Shown here piece by piece: positions 38,376 to 53,700 of a stretch of 64,000 bases of DNA. This DNA is from Iphione sp. A-MEVVRFRX5. Its lineage: Eukaryota. Below the pieces are notes generated by a model. That model was not told the origin of the DNA, made no database searches, and saw only the letters and a program-made list of their open reading frames with translations. The DNA lies in contig OZ320321.1 in NCBI GenBank assembly GCA_976226885.1, forward strand, positions 22,506,001 through 22,570,000. Reading direction: 5' to 3'. The translations under genes were made by a program, and so were the position numbers. Position 1 is the stretch's first letter. Each line of letters begins with the position of its first letter.

Positions 38376-41300
38376 GTATAGTAAGAAGAGTAAACAGAAA
38401 CAGAGACAGGGTGGGAGATATCGACCGCCCAAGACGGAAAGGATGTGAGGAAAAATGCATAAATATACATGTACATGTAAATATCTTTCCATGCCTACTT
38501 CAAGTCATGCCATATAGAACAGTCAGGGCCGTTACTAGGATAGTGGATACCACTTCACGTATATATATTCGTGATATATACTCAGTCAGCAGCTCAGTAA
38601 TACAACACTCTACACCAAAAAAAATCACTTTGAGGGCTCACATCACCCCATCTGGCCACACAGCATAGCAGTCTCACATCACTCCACTTGGCTGAATAGC
38701 AGTCTCAAATCACTCCACTTGGCTGAATAGCAGTCTCACATCACTCCACTTGGCTGTATAGCAGTCTTTCATCACAACCACCTTCCTGACCATATATATT
38801 TAGTCAACAAGAAATATCCCCTTGAACCATATACTAAGTTTAATACCCTAAAATTTCCAAGGAGCTGGTGAACTCCAGCCTCCTGTTTCCCTCAAGGTGC
38901 TTCTAGTCTTGATTATATTTTAATTCAATAGTCCCAAATATCTCAGCAGAATAAAGCAGACACATTTCATTTTGCTGGGCGATGCACGGTACTTTCATTT
39001 TTTAAACTATGCTAAATTGTGTTTGTGTATCTGCTAATTATGATGTAACACTAGCCCATAATAAACCGTTGAACTGAGAAGTAGGTAAGTGAGAGGCCAC
39101 TTCATGCTTGACTACACTTGCACAGACCTCCTACCCCACCACTTAGAGTAATCATACCAGTAAGTGAGTGGCAATTTCATGCTTGACTACACTTGCACAG
39201 GCCTCCTAACCAACCACTTACAGCATTCATACCAGTAAGTGAGTAGCCATTTCATGCTTGACTACATTTGTACAAGTGACTTTGCCGACTGTATATATGA
39301 ACGAAAAACCACATATCCACATCTAATCTAGAGTTTTGCCTATTTTCTCTTCTTTACATCACAGCAAATGGCACCTGATTCGCACGGTCGCAAGTACCCA
39401 CACAGTCAAATATATATTTAGAAAATATAAAGCCTTTGATACAGTGCTAGACCCACATGATGGAGGTTCTGATGGTCGGACAGCAGTGCTCCTACCACCA
39501 CCACCAGCCTCCCCTAACATGAGGCTGGGAACAAAGAGGGAATAGGGAATAATGAGGGAAAACTATCTGCGCAGTAACAGTCTGTGGTCTCCCCCCCCCA
39601 GCTATATCCAGACTTCCAGGTGTTCGATATCAAGGCTTCAACACAGAGGAAAAGACTTTGGTTATAGACAAATCAATTATTTCAATCACAACTATTTAGC
39701 TTTTATTTTTGTGGTGCATGCATTTAATTCACTGCATGCGTTCATGCCACTTCAACGCCACCAACTGGGAAAAAAAAAGATGTGTCCAAGGAAATTCACT
39801 GTCCATTCATTCATGGTCTTGTTCATTTATGGGATCTGTACCTTACTTAGACCAAAAAAAGGAAGAACGAGTACATTCTGTTCCTCGTATACCCGTATAC
39901 ATGTGTGGGTCTGATAAACAACCCAGAAAAGCACAAGAACTGTAAAGAACCACGCATCTAATTTTTTTTCTACCAACTCCCGCAGTGAATAAGGTCATCT
40001 GGTTAGACTGACCAGTAGGCAAGCAGAGTATCTACTACACAGGCTTTTTATATGTCTCCGTAATGTGGCAGTTTTGCGGTAACTGGTCCGGCCGACTCCT
40101 AGTTCCTGGATTTTACCACGAGGGGGCGTGGTGTCAGCAGCAATCACTACCATGTTGCATCCAAATGGGCTGTGATGTCATTACATGAGAACCGCGGTGT
40201 CCCCACGGGAACATCGTCGGGGCCGTTGCGTGGCAATGGTTGTAAGCAAATTTTCATGGATGTGATGCACACAAGGCCTCCATAGCTTCGATAAGCTGTT
40301 AGAGAGTGTTTAATATGCCCAAGACAGGGACACTCGCAGATGTTAGTTTCATGAGAGTGTTGCACGGCAAAGGGCCTATGGGAGTTCTATATTTCACTGT
40401 ACAGTATTTACATGTTTTCAAAACTCAGCTATTTTCAATACATTACAGGTGTACTTTTTGGTTTCTGGACTACAGCAGTTACAAAGATTTTGACCCCGGT
40501 GGTCAATCTTTGTAATAGTTAACTTCTAACCCTGCCCATTTATAACAATGGTATGCGGTGCACTGGGAAAGAAATGTACAGTGGTCACCCACCTTATTTG
40601 ATGACTTTATAACTGACATTAACTGCGTAACCAACACACTTAGGGGGGGAATACCAAGGTAAAAAACAATAAGCTGAAAATGTTCCGCAAACTGACAATT
40701 CCCATATATCCAACAAAATCTAGGGGAACCAAAAATGCTGGTGATAGAGGGACCGCTGTACACACCAATGATATCATCTGTCTGAGAATCATTTAAAACC
40801 CCTGAAGAAGACAACCTCTGTCGAAGCCTACATAATTACTGCACTCACTTGTTGCGTTTGTGTGTTTCCACCTAAAGACAACGAATCATCTCAAACTTCA
40901 CACCTTTCAATGTATGGTAAAATCTCGCTATTGCGACTAGCTGCTTGGACCGAGGATTATGCCTGCAATAATGAGGATGGTGGAATAGTCAGGGTTTATT
41001 TCTTTACATTAACGGTCTCATTCTGTACCAAGTGAATTCATTTGGAATAGCGAGGGTACTGAAATTGCCAGGTGTTGCAACAGCGAGGTTTCCCTGTATT
41101 AGTTCCTTAAGATGCAGATTAACCGGTGTTATAGATGAGATGGAGTGAATGTTGACGGGATTATTCGAAATGACTGAGAAAAAGTACCAACGAATGAGAC
41201 CACATCTTTACAAGCTAAAATTCCTTTCTCGTTTCTAGAACACCCAGTACATCCATCATCACTTTTCTTGTTTGAACTCCGTCCTTCGGCCATCTGTGTT

Positions 41301-43016
41301 TCTGATAAGTCCTTGGGATACATCATGACATATCATCGCCAGAATACACCTTCCCTACTACTTGTCTGACTTTTTGGCCTTCCCCAGCTGCGCTGAGGGT
41401 CACCATACGTCATATGACGGGAACCGTACTTTCCAGTGGAAACCACTGCTCCTTCTCATCAAAGCTTGTCCATTCTATTTCACACATCTTTTTTCTTGCA
41501 ACCGAGCTGATCTCCCCCCCCCCCATACACACACACCTTTTTGGGGGGGACCCAGCTCATAATAAATCATGCACGTGCTTTTGACACCGTCAACATCGTG
41601 GCGCTAGCTAACGAAAATGATCCCGTCGTTGTGGCACAATACGGTATTGACAGCTATAGGAGAGAGCAAACACCGACACTGATTAAAAGTGCTGGAGGGG
41701 TGGGGGGGGGAGGGACACTGCTGTCGGCCGCTGTCAGTAATTGTTTGTCAGCAAGATGTCAGTCGCCTCCCCAGCCTGTTATTATTGATGTCTCTTTAAG
41801 CTACGTGCCACTAAAAGTTGTGCGCGGCGGGTGCTCGTTCGATGAAATACCTTCAGCTATTCCCGAATCTCATTCCCACACCAGAAGGCTTTCTCTTTTA
41901 TCATTTGTTCAATGCGGTCGTCTTTCGAACCCTCTCAGCCCCCCGCAAGCCCATCCCCCCCTCCCCCCCCCTCCTCTACCGCCTTATGCGAAACAGTTGT
42001 CAAGTTTTCAAAGGCTATTTAAACATTTACAAGGCGGCCGCCATCCTGGAATGTAATCCCAGTCGCACCGAGGGGGCACCACCGTCTCATCAATAAGCAT
42101 GAAATGTCATATTTGTTGGATAGGAAATCATCCAGAGCCACCCACGAGCCACCCCGATGAATTTCAACCCCAAAGCGGGCCCGGCAGCGAAAATGTATTA
42201 CCATTAATGAGGTGGGCATCCTCAGATTATCGGCTGGGTTTTTTTCATTGTGCCATGCAGAGGCGTGGACCGGCCACCACCTCATCTCAGGTGTTTATAA
42301 ATGCTGGAGGATTTCGCCGCCGTTTCAGCGCGGACGAAGCAAAACGCATGCGATCACGTACCTCACGACAGACTCATGTCGGTCAACCTTTGATAAGGTG
42401 GACCTATGATAAAGCCGACATACCCCGCCTCCCCGCAAAGAAACACAAACACACACACACACAATACACACAGAGATTCAAAAGTATGACAGGGTGTGTC
42501 CTTTTTTCCCCTCGAGCATCGAAAGTGCGTCTTTACACCTCACATTTATCAAGAAAAGACCCTTTTTAAGAAGACCGCTGGCTTTTGTGTGTTCAAAAAC
42601 ATCACTATATGAGATAAAATTTTGACTTTCCCAAATCAGAAATACAAATTTACATATTTTTCTAATTGTAGTACGCTTTGCTATTGTTTAAATTAGTATA
42701 CCTAGCTATGACTTCGTTAAAAAACGTGCTGCTCTCATCGTGGTCTTTTAACAATGATTGGGGAAAATAATTTTAAGGAAGAAAAAGACCTCTTCTAACA
42801 CTATTCCTCTGATGTATGTGCAAAGTAGACCCATTTCTCTCAATCAATCGTTTTGTTTGCTTGAGTTATGATCCCCGCTTTAAGAGAAAGTGGTCTTTGG
42901 TGTTATCGTATGTAGAACGAGATGAAAGCTCCTGTATAATAGAATTTCCACTTCCAGCAGACAAGAGAAATTTTGAGTTATGCTAAGGAGCACTACCCCA
43001 CACGCTTCTGTCTTGT

Positions 43017-43099
<83 letters not shown>

Positions 43100-43324
43100 C
43101 GCGCCCTCTTTCTTATTGATTCTCTTTCTCTTTGTGCTTCTCTTTGTGTTTCTTTCTCCCTCTCCTCGTCTCGAACTCGCATTCTCCCTCTCTGTTTCTG
43201 TTTTTGTCTGTCTGTCTCCCTTTCTTTCTTTCTTTGTCCTGCTGTCTCTTTTTCCCTCTCCTCATTTTCTCCCTTTCGCTCCTCTCTCCACTTCTCTGTC
43301 CGTCTGTCTCTGTCTGTCTGTCTC

Positions 43325-43399
<75 letters not shown>

Positions 43400-46300
43400 A
43401 ACACACACAGCACCCTGAGTGTTAGCAGGATTCATGCATAACCCCTCTCTCACACATACACACACAGCACCCTGAGTGTTAGCAGGATTCATGCATAACT
43501 CCTCGGCAGTTTGTTTTGTTTTCACGTCAAGCTGAAGTGGTTTAACTTTTCAAGCACTGGGAGTGTAGGAAAAATCACACGCAAATATTTAAAGATACCT
43601 TTCCACACGAAACAAAGCCTCTCGGTCGTTGTATGCGTACGAGTAGAACCGAGGAGATATTACTACCCATAATACATCAGATCGAATGAATAAGTGATCC
43701 TACTGGAAGTTATATGACTAGACACAGATCAACTGATGAATAAACAGGTACATCCGTGTATGACGCAATGCCATCTTTATTCATGGCAGGAAGCATACAC
43801 GCCACCGATGAATAAATCTCAATGGTATTTATTGCCAGCAAGAGCTACTCAATGTAATAATCACAGAGCACCGAGTCGAGGGACTCTGAGTAGCAGGCTT
43901 TTCTCTAAGACTCTGATGAGTTCTTGTTACGCCTGCTGTGGGTTTGTTCGCAGTCTATTTTTCAACTTCTGCCATCATGCTCACCTGCTGTAATAATGCT
44001 CGGGTTTCGGTTTGAATATTCAACGTCGAGCTCGGGGGCCACAAACCACTATGAAGTCCCAACCCCCAACCGAAGCCACTAGTTAAGGGGATACAGCTCG
44101 GTTTTGCCTCTAACCCCCAACCGAAACTAAATGAAATGTATTCGGGTAAATATATGTGCTTTTTGCTTAAAGAAAGATGTGCACCTGTGGATTGAAATTA
44201 TTTTGGGGACTGCTTACTAAGATTTCAATATTTTGACAAATCTACACTGCAATGTAGGATCGGGCGTAGTTTGCACAAATAAATCTAGCATATTTTAAAG
44301 AAAAAAAAACACGAATGGCCTTGTTAGAGGCAAAACCGAGCTGTATCCCCTTAAATATCAACCAATAGATAGAGACCGACAGACAGACAGCAGCCATACA
44401 GAGGAGGAACTGAGCTATATCTCCTATATTAACTAACCTAACCTTCGAAAAAAATAGATAAAGATAAACAAACATATACATATACAAAAACAATGTACAT
44501 ACATACATACATACATACATACAGGCAGACAGACAGACAGACAAAAGGGGAACCGAGCTATGTCCCTACATCAATTAACCTAACTTTACATAGACAGAAA
44601 GACAGACAGAAAAAAAGACAGACAGACAGACGAGGGACAGGGGGAGAACCCAGCAATAACTTCTCTATCACTTGACCTAAGCCTTAGATAGACAGGCGGA
44701 CAGATAGACAAAACAGATACAGGGAGACCTTGCTATAACCTGTATTGTGTGCCAAAGCGGCGGCCATTCGTGTAATTCTAGAACTGTGATACAATATTAC
44801 CTTTGTGGGAGCGGAAGAGGCAGACTTTTTCAAATCTATGCATGATATTATTATGGCATTACGCCTATTCTCCTGAGGTGTAGGATGAAGACTTATCTCA
44901 CCTTTGACCATGCTTAGAGACCAAATCGTGGACTGCTGCGTCGGTCACCACCTGACAGCCGTTCAGACAGACACTCTCCAGGCTGCAAACAGGAGCGGGG
45001 TACAGTTTGCTTTATCTATGTATATAGTACATATAACACAAATTATACAAATAAGATAAGAAGGAATCAACATGGAAGGGGAAATCATTATCATATCCAC
45101 AAGTAGAAATATGTAAACATACATGAATGGCCACTTACAGGAACAAATGATCCCTAAGAATATTTATCCTTACAAAGAAGTAGGTATTCGTATTTGCGAC
45201 ATCGTGTCAGTCGATGGAATGAGATATTCATTACTAAAACATATCTACAGTAGAAACCCTATTTGTGACAACCCCTTGGGTCCGACCAAAAGTGGTCACA
45301 AATTGATAATGGTATTCCTAAAGATCATTACTTTGGTGCCCACCTCATGTAGTCTTTAGAGTGAGAATGGTCGGAAATTGATGCAGTCACAAATAGGGAT
45401 TCTACTGTATGTTAAAACTGAATGCATATTCTATGAAGAAAATATTTTTGTGGAGGTAAATAGTCACTTGTTCACCTAGATGTCCTAATCCTATGAATAA
45501 GTTGTCCCCACAAACAGTGCACCAAATCCCTGTACGTGGACATCTCGCTATTAAAATATACAAATTCTATGGGCTGGTTTTATTATCTCAAAAAAATTTG
45601 TCAGATGTCAAACACACAATGAGTCGTTAAGCTTTCATGTTCTTTGACATCACCAACACTCCGTGTCCAGGGTCGTGCTCAAGCATCGCTTACACCTTAT
45701 CTTGTTGGCGCGCCATGACACCGTGTGAAACAAGTGGACTTTTAATGTTCAACAGATCTGATTACTTTTACAGCTGATACAGTGAAGAACTGCGAAGTAC
45801 ACAAAAGAGCACTTCTTGCGTAGGACAAACAAAATTTTTGTTCCGTACCGCTACATTACTCCACAAGTGGCATTACTTACAATTTGTATATCTATACACT
45901 GTACATACGTTGTATTACTTCATTAGCCCTTCAGGCTCAAAATTACATTATGAACACTTTTAATACAATGTCAAATCCCTTTTTGTTCTGTTTATTGCAT
46001 CGGAACAAGCCGAGATGTCCCGATACAGCATCATCAGGGGGGCGATCACCTCACAAGAGCAACCAAATTCCTCGACCCCCTCCTCCACCCCCATGGGCGT
46101 CCTAGCAACTGTATATCGCAAGAGGAGCGAAAGGGGGGGGGCGGGGGGTTGACAGAATGGAGGTTAACCCCAGCAGCTCCCCAGGTAGGCTCCCCCTTCC
46201 TCCTCACCTGTGGCTGCAGTCGACCAGCGCCATGACGCCGTTGTCGTTCACGTTGGACCAGGACGCGTCCAGGTGGGTAATGTGGCGACACCGTGCGGCG

Positions 46301-47657
46301 GCGTGCAGAAGTATATTGTCCCCGGTGAGCTCGCCACGTGAACAGCCGGTAAAGTTGAGCTCCTGGAAAAATACGGCGCCGCGCATGTTTAAAAGATGAG
46401 CGTGAGGTTTCAACACGGGAGGTGTACAAAAGTGTATGGAAAATATGAGATGGAGACAGAAAAGGGGGGGGGGGGGAGAAAAAAACAAAAGCGACGGAGA
46501 AGCGTGTGACAGAAAGATGTAGAAAGGGGATGCCCGCCGTGAGTAATACAGACACAGGCAGAGAGACAGTGATAGGTAAGGACAGGCCAAGAGATAGGTA
46601 TGTACGTATGTGTGAGAGAACGGGGATTTGCGTATGCTATATACATATACAATCATCACAGTATCATCTAGAAAGAAAGGAAAGTGGGGAGGGAGAGACA
46701 GACAAGAAGAGAGGGGAAGAGNNNNNNNNNNNNNNNNNNNNNNNNNNNNNNNNNNNNNNNNNNNNNNNNNNNNNNNNNNNNNNNNNNNNNNNNNNNNNNN
46801 NNNNNNNNNNNNNNNNNNNNNNNNNNNNNNNNNNNNNNNNNNNNNNNNNNNNNNNNNNNNNNNNNNNNNNNNNNNNNNNNNNNNNNCATGCAATGATACC
46901 TATGGTGAACAGGTTTTGCTTGCCACGCTCGTTGAAATCTTCTGGAACATTGTATCAAACCATGTGCACTCTTTGAATGTTAACTACACATAACGTCCAA
47001 ACACGCTCTTTCTTCTTTTCTGTATTGAACCAATCTTAACCCTACACCTGTGCAAATCATCTGCCGACCCCCATGCAGCTGAGTGGCTCGGGCGCCGACT
47101 CACCTTGAGTGACTCAGAGCACTGCCTGAAGAGCTCACGGAGGCCGTTGACGGACACCTGCTCACCATGACACTGGACCAAAGTCAGACTGGTCGGCTGA
47201 CGACGACCAATCTCGACCAGCCAGCTGTCAGCCATCTTACTGGTCTTCCTTACCGCGATGCTCCTCCCTGGGAACAAAACAGGACGTGTGAGAATCGTCT
47301 CAGTTCATGAGACCAGGCCAAAACACAAAAGCCAAACACAAGAAAATGAGAATCTTTTTTCCACTGAGGAATGGATGGATAGAAGAAACCCTCAAATAAG
47401 ACCAAGCTTGTTGGGACTGGCCAAGTTTGCTTTGCCACTCGATTTGATGTCCCTACAGGGTTGGCTATGTGATGCTTAGTTCGTGCAGTGTTGATTTCAA
47501 ATATAGGCTGGGCGTTAAATAAGATTAGTTGGTAGCCTTGGAGGGTTGGTTATGTAAGGCTTGGCTCTTGCAGTGCTGATTTCGAATATAATGTAATGAA
47601 GAGACAACCGCTTGATTGACCGTAATACCTTAGTCTGATACATAGAGTAAAACAAAA

Positions 47658-47742
<85 letters not shown>

Positions 47743-50700
47743 AGAGACTCATCGAGAGTAGTTCATAAGATACACTCCTATAACAGAGTGATAATCTTTC
47801 AGTTAACTCTAAAGATACGTGTTGTACAATTAAGAGATAATATGAACCCATCAGTGAAATATAATCCTGATTCTACGTAAGGGCTTGTCCACCAGTGTGA
47901 TCATAGTGAGATCCCTCCCACCCACCCAGCACTACCACCCCAACTCAGTCTGCTTCCTGATGTATTAAAATTTAAATTTGTATACACTGTATACACCACA
48001 CAGAGACTAATCGAGAAGCTTACTGTAAGATACATTTTTACACAATGGACTAATCATATCCTTCACTTAACTGCAAAGATAAACCTGTTCAAACATATAC
48101 TTTACATATACTCACACAGAGACTCACAAAGAGTTGCTCACAAAATACATTCATGTTACAGACTAAATCATCTTTCTGTTAAAGATAAAGATACATCTAT
48201 TCAAACATATGTACTGTATATATACACTCACAGAGAGACTTACAAAAAAAACTACATGTAATCACAAAGATCATTGCACACATATGAGTAACATAACAAT
48301 CCTTCAGTTAACTTGAATATATGTTGTTGTTTTTTTTTTAAGAAAGCAAATACAGCAGTGTATACACTCACAGAGCGACTCGTCCAGAGCTACCCGGTGC
48401 AGCTGCATGCACGTCTGAGCTAGTCGCCCCAAGTCACGCTGGCGCAGGTAGCTACAGATGTGCAGCCAGATTTCATCGGGAAGGCACAGCCAGGCCGAAA
48501 ACTCGCCAGCTGCTATACGTGGGCTCTGATAGAAGAAAGCGGAGTACATGGGAGAAGGGAATGGCATTGGGAGGCAGCTAGATAGAGGAGGTCGGCGGGG
48601 AAGAAGGAGGAGGAGGACATAAAACACATTACTGCTGCGGTCTCCGAAAAGAAAAGAAAAAAGAACTTGTAGTAGTTATATGTACATGGGAATAAAATGG
48701 AAAACAGTTCCCAGGTGTTCTTCAATACTTCTGAGGAGACAGAGATCTTTCTTCGTAATAATATCAGCTGTTACCTGCTCCTTCGTTCGTGAAGCTAAAG
48801 CTGATTGATTCTTAGTAAAAATTAACCTTCAATCTTATATCTATACCAAACACACAACGGTTATGACTAGTAAGGAACACATGTTGTACTTAACATATTC
48901 AGGCAAAGTACAAGTGTATCCGCCAGTTCTATTTGGAAATCTAATTTACGGATAATGTATTTACAACAGTACTATGGGGTCTTGGATAGTCTACGGACGT
49001 TACCCTCAACGTTTACAGGGGAAAATGATAAATTCGGACTTAGCTACCAACATATGGGACCAGCCATGAAAAAAGGGTTACCAAAAATTTGGATTACAAT
49101 GTCAAATAAACACTTAAAAACATTTAAAGGGTGGAAGAGTATGACAATTCCGTGATGAAAACCTGTTTTGTTATTTTTCATGGAGAAGCCGGGGCAAAAG
49201 TTTTGGCCATTTTTAATCAGTAATCAAGAACTGAAATCTGTTTAAAAATATCAATTTTTAAGAACTAAGTCTGTCCAATAATTAAGATTCAAGATTCTTT
49301 TTATTTCAAGACTTTTTTTTACTTTTTTCACAGCACCATAATGTTTTGCATTATAGAACAACCTAGAATTAATTTAGCAATCCTCTCGATCTTTTAAGTA
49401 CGTTGCTGTAACAACATTGGGCTGGGATATCTCAGGATTTGGGAAGAGTATTTGCATTCTGTTTACATGATGCCTAAACATGTTCTGTAGTTGTGCACCC
49501 TTTTTGCCTGTCTGGTCACATATACATCATGGAATGAAGTATGATGTATTATCATAATCTTCCTTAATATTTTCGTTCAAAACCTCTGCTTCTGGTAAGT
49601 GGATCTAGAATAAATGGATATTTATAAATAGTGACTATTTTGAAATCGCGAACATAACAAGCACAATGCCAACCAAGCTTGAGTTTAGTATACCCGTCTC
49701 AAAGTAAAAAAAAAAACTCTTACTTGACTAACATTGTGTTCTGTGTACAAATATAACAACCTTACAAAAGGGAATGAAATCCGAAAGGTGAATGCAAACA
49801 AATGGTCATTGATGTTAACTGGAACCCCACACACGAAAAAAACAATCGTTAGAAAGGATTCCCGACCGCAAATGTTTCGGTAAATAGTGGAGTAACATTT
49901 GACGCGCCATGAGTGCGACAGCCACAGGTGGTTAGAAGTCGAGTGCAGACAAGAAGGAAAGATGCGACACACTCTTGTTGAGCAGGTCAGAACACAGCGG
50001 TTAGGTCTTTTTGTTCAAATCAGATTCTAGGATAGTGTGCCATACGAATCTATGAACGACTTCGTCATGGCGAATGGAAATTATTCAACAAGTAGAAACT
50101 AGTACTTATGATGCACTGAGAGTGAATGAGAGGACAACAGTTCCGAAACGACCATATACCTTCCCTGGAGGAGGCCTTGGAGACTAAAGAAACAAATGCA
50201 AATATGTACACATCTTCCTTTTAGTGCAGGATTCCACGCAATCGTTTTCTTTTTTTTGTCGCTTCTAGGTATGCACAATAATATGATGCTACGAAAATCC
50301 AATGAAAAAGCCCCAGCAGCACGCAAGTTTTTATTTTTGCTCTCAAAACAGATGACTAATCACTACTCTCAACAATTTGAGCCTAAGTGTTTACTACATT
50401 TATATTTACAACTAAAAATATTTATCAGCATATGAGTACAATATCAAGCAGTGTTTCAGTTCCGATAAAATTTGTCTAATAGAAATTAGTTCTTTTAAAA
50501 CAGAATCTGATCCTAAAATTCAAAGGTGTAAATAAAGTAGTTATAAAGTTGTTACTGCTCAAATCTTTGGTAGTGAGCTGTATCGAGTGTGAATTTCAGC
50601 CAATCGTTTGGTTAGCGATGATGAGCAGCGGGAACCTTGAAATACGCACAAAAAATAATCATCCTTAACTTGTATGGTCACTCGAACCCTTTATGTTTAC

Positions 50701-53700
50701 CTACCATTTCGAAATACTTGGTGTAGGTGTTCATGAGACTCGATTTTAGTGCCTTGGAAGCTGGTCCTATGAACAATAATAAAAGTAGAAAGAAAAATGA
50801 AAACATGAATAACAATTAGGCTGAATAGAAAAAAAATCAATGATACCTGTTGAGAAATGTTAAGTTGCAATTTAAATGCATGTTCAGAGACATTTTTTCG
50901 TTTGAAAATGGTCATCTCAAAACATTTTGGAAGATCAAACTGGCGCTTTCTCAGGAAATTCCATGATAAAACACTAGGTGTCGCCATGTTCGAGTATATC
51001 TTAGGAGGCGCCACTTTCGCATGTCACCTACAGGCTTCAGTAAATGTATCATGTAAAGCTCCTGTGGTAGAGACCTACCAGAGGAGTAGACGGCTGATTT
51101 GACGGTCATTATCTTAGGCCGCTGGCTATGGTCTGTTACATCATACATAGAACAGACATTTCCAGGCAAACTTGCTGCCGCGCTCGAAACTCGGTTCCTG
51201 TTATAATACAAAATAATGGGAAATATACTTTTATATATACGAACCTGTGTACATGTACTTACATCTACATGCGCAGTCCAGATTTGATACCCAAATAACT
51301 CAAGTAGCATGAAATACAATTCAAAAATCGATTTTTTTTCAGCTATTCAATCTTTTTGGGTTAGCATTTTAGGTCTACAACTAAAGCTAAAATGCTCCAA
51401 TTAGTAGCAGCAAACACCTTTCGGAAATCGTGTATTTTCGGATACTGGGTATCCGGATAACGAATCTTGAATGTATACAAATATATGAGTTCTTGTAATC
51501 CCTTATGATATAGGGTATGAGGGTACTATATAGGGTACTATTCCATAGTACAATATCAACGAACTGGCAGTTCACTATTAATATGTCTGTATGTCGGTAG
51601 CGGTTTCGGCAAGAAACAGGACTACACTTTGGAAGTAATTCCATATGCATGTCCATGTATCTTATTTTGATGGGTGCATGGGGGAATGGGGTCCAAGAGT
51701 TTCTGTTGTTTTAACGCCTGCTTCCGGACACTCACGGATGGGGCGATTCCCCGGGCAAGTTCGATATCTGTCCTTCCCTCTCTCTTCCCCTCTGTCTGTC
51801 TCTTATACATGTTCAGACACGATGGAATTCATTCCAATTCTGTGTAATTGGAGGTTTTTCTACAGATTTCTTTTCGAAATCTAGCCAAACCTGTGTTTCC
51901 TGGAGACATGCAAGGCATAGGCCTAAGAGAGGTGTATATGAGAAATCCAAAGTAAATATCACAGAAAGGGGACTGAATAATTAGTGGGTTTTTTTTGTTT
52001 TTCAAGAGAGTCTTGGGAAAAAGAGAAAGACATTTTCCAAATCTGACATAACTTTATGTGGTCTCTTCTGACGCATGCAGCACTTTTAGTGATAATTTGG
52101 GACTTCATACTATGTTTCAAGGACCCATACATAGATTGTAGAGTGAAAAGATGCAAGACGCAAGGGAAAAAAACAGATGCATGTACTACGGCTCAACTGG
52201 AGCCATGTAAGATAGGTAAAGGATCGGGTGGAATACTGGAGCCATGTGTCATGGGTAAAGCTCAGATAGAGTACGTGAACTCACCTAGGGCCATGAGCAG
52301 CAGTCGACAGTCCTGGTTTCCTGCTACTCTCCTTTGGCTGCATATCTCCAGCTACGCCCCCAGCACTTCCACCCTCTACGCCACCATTTTGAGCGGCGGC
52401 GGCGGCGGCGGCGGCGGCAACACCGGAGTCGCCGTCGCCACCTGCGTGACCGGCACCTTCGTCGGTGTCCGTCCGTCGCTCCGCTACTCCCGCCAACCCG
52501 ACGCTACGCCTAGTGGCGCTCATCGGCCGCTTCGTCGACCGGGAGACGGCACTGGTGGGGCGTTCTCCGCCAGGGGGCGTCACATTGAGACTGGAGCGGG
52601 CCCGCACCTCGCCGTGACTCAGCGCCGACCACGCCATCGTCGAAGACCGCGCCCACCTCCGCTTATAACCGCTGTTCTCGAGGGAGCCGCGGACGTTACG
52701 AGTAGCGCTCTTTGCAGACTGTGGCCGACGTTTTCCGGCCGACGGCCCGCCCGACTTCCGGGGCTGCCCCGCCGACTGTGCGGGCTGTAAGGCCGACTGG
52801 GGTCGGGCGGGCTGACCCGGTTTGAAGCGTGGGTCTGACATGAAGCGCTTGACGAACTGTTGGTAGACGATCCTCTCCTGCTGATCAACAACCCCTTCCC
52901 CCTCCCCCTCCTCCACCTCCCCGTCCTCCCCCAGGTCTTCCCCTACCTCATCTCCCCCCAGATCGACGGGCACATCATCAGCATCGTCACTGAAGGAGTT
53001 GTTACTGGCCGCTTCCTCCACACGCTGCACCTGCCTATCCCGAAAGGCAGCATGACCTTCACCAGCCTGTGGTAAGCTCTTCTTCACCCCCGACGACGAC
53101 GACGCCCCCGCCAAGGCCGCACCTCCGAGCCTGACGCCCGCCTCGTGGTAATGATTGAGGACGGACGCCCCGGGCACCTTGAAGGACGCCGTGGTTTGGC
53201 TTCCGTCCAGGCTCAGGTTGAGATTGAGTTCCTCTTGAAGTGCCGCCGGCAGCAGCTTCTTGGGACTCTCCGCCTCGTTGTACTCGAACTGGATGTCCTC
53301 CGACAGCTTGGCCAGGTCCAGACCCACACCCCCCGGCGGCTGCTGAGTCTTGGGGCTGCTGTTCTCGGCCCGCGCGTCGAGATCCAGCGACAGCTCCGTC
53401 TGGAGGGACTTGGGCAAAGCGCGGACGGGACTCTCCTCCTTCTCGTACTCGAAGTCGTCGCTGTCCCTGACGCCACCTCCTCCTCCTCCCCCTCCTCCTT
53501 CCTGTTTCAGGTTAAGCACCTCCCGGTTTTGCGAGCTCCTACCCGCCTCTCCTTGCCCGGGGCCCTGGGCGGTCGTCTGTGACTGCTGCAGCCACGACGC
53601 CAAGCTCCCCGCCGCCCCCCGCGAGTTATAGTTCATCGACTCCTCCAGGCGGCTCTTGAAGTTGGCCGCCGACTGCGACAGGGTGAACGATCCCCGGCTG

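Noticed and set aside
42880-43525. ORFs rich in ER/SL dipeptides
   Set aside because: Translations of (CT)n/(AG)n microsatellites.
44330-44740. Repeat-spacer appearance suggestive of CRISPR
   Set aside because: Eukaryotic intron, degenerate cores, microsatellite spacers and no cas genes.
51735-51900. Strong minus-strand donor (GTGAGT) near 51735 with an upstream acceptor near 51900
   Set aside because: All three frames between the sites contain stops, so it does not fit as a coding exon.
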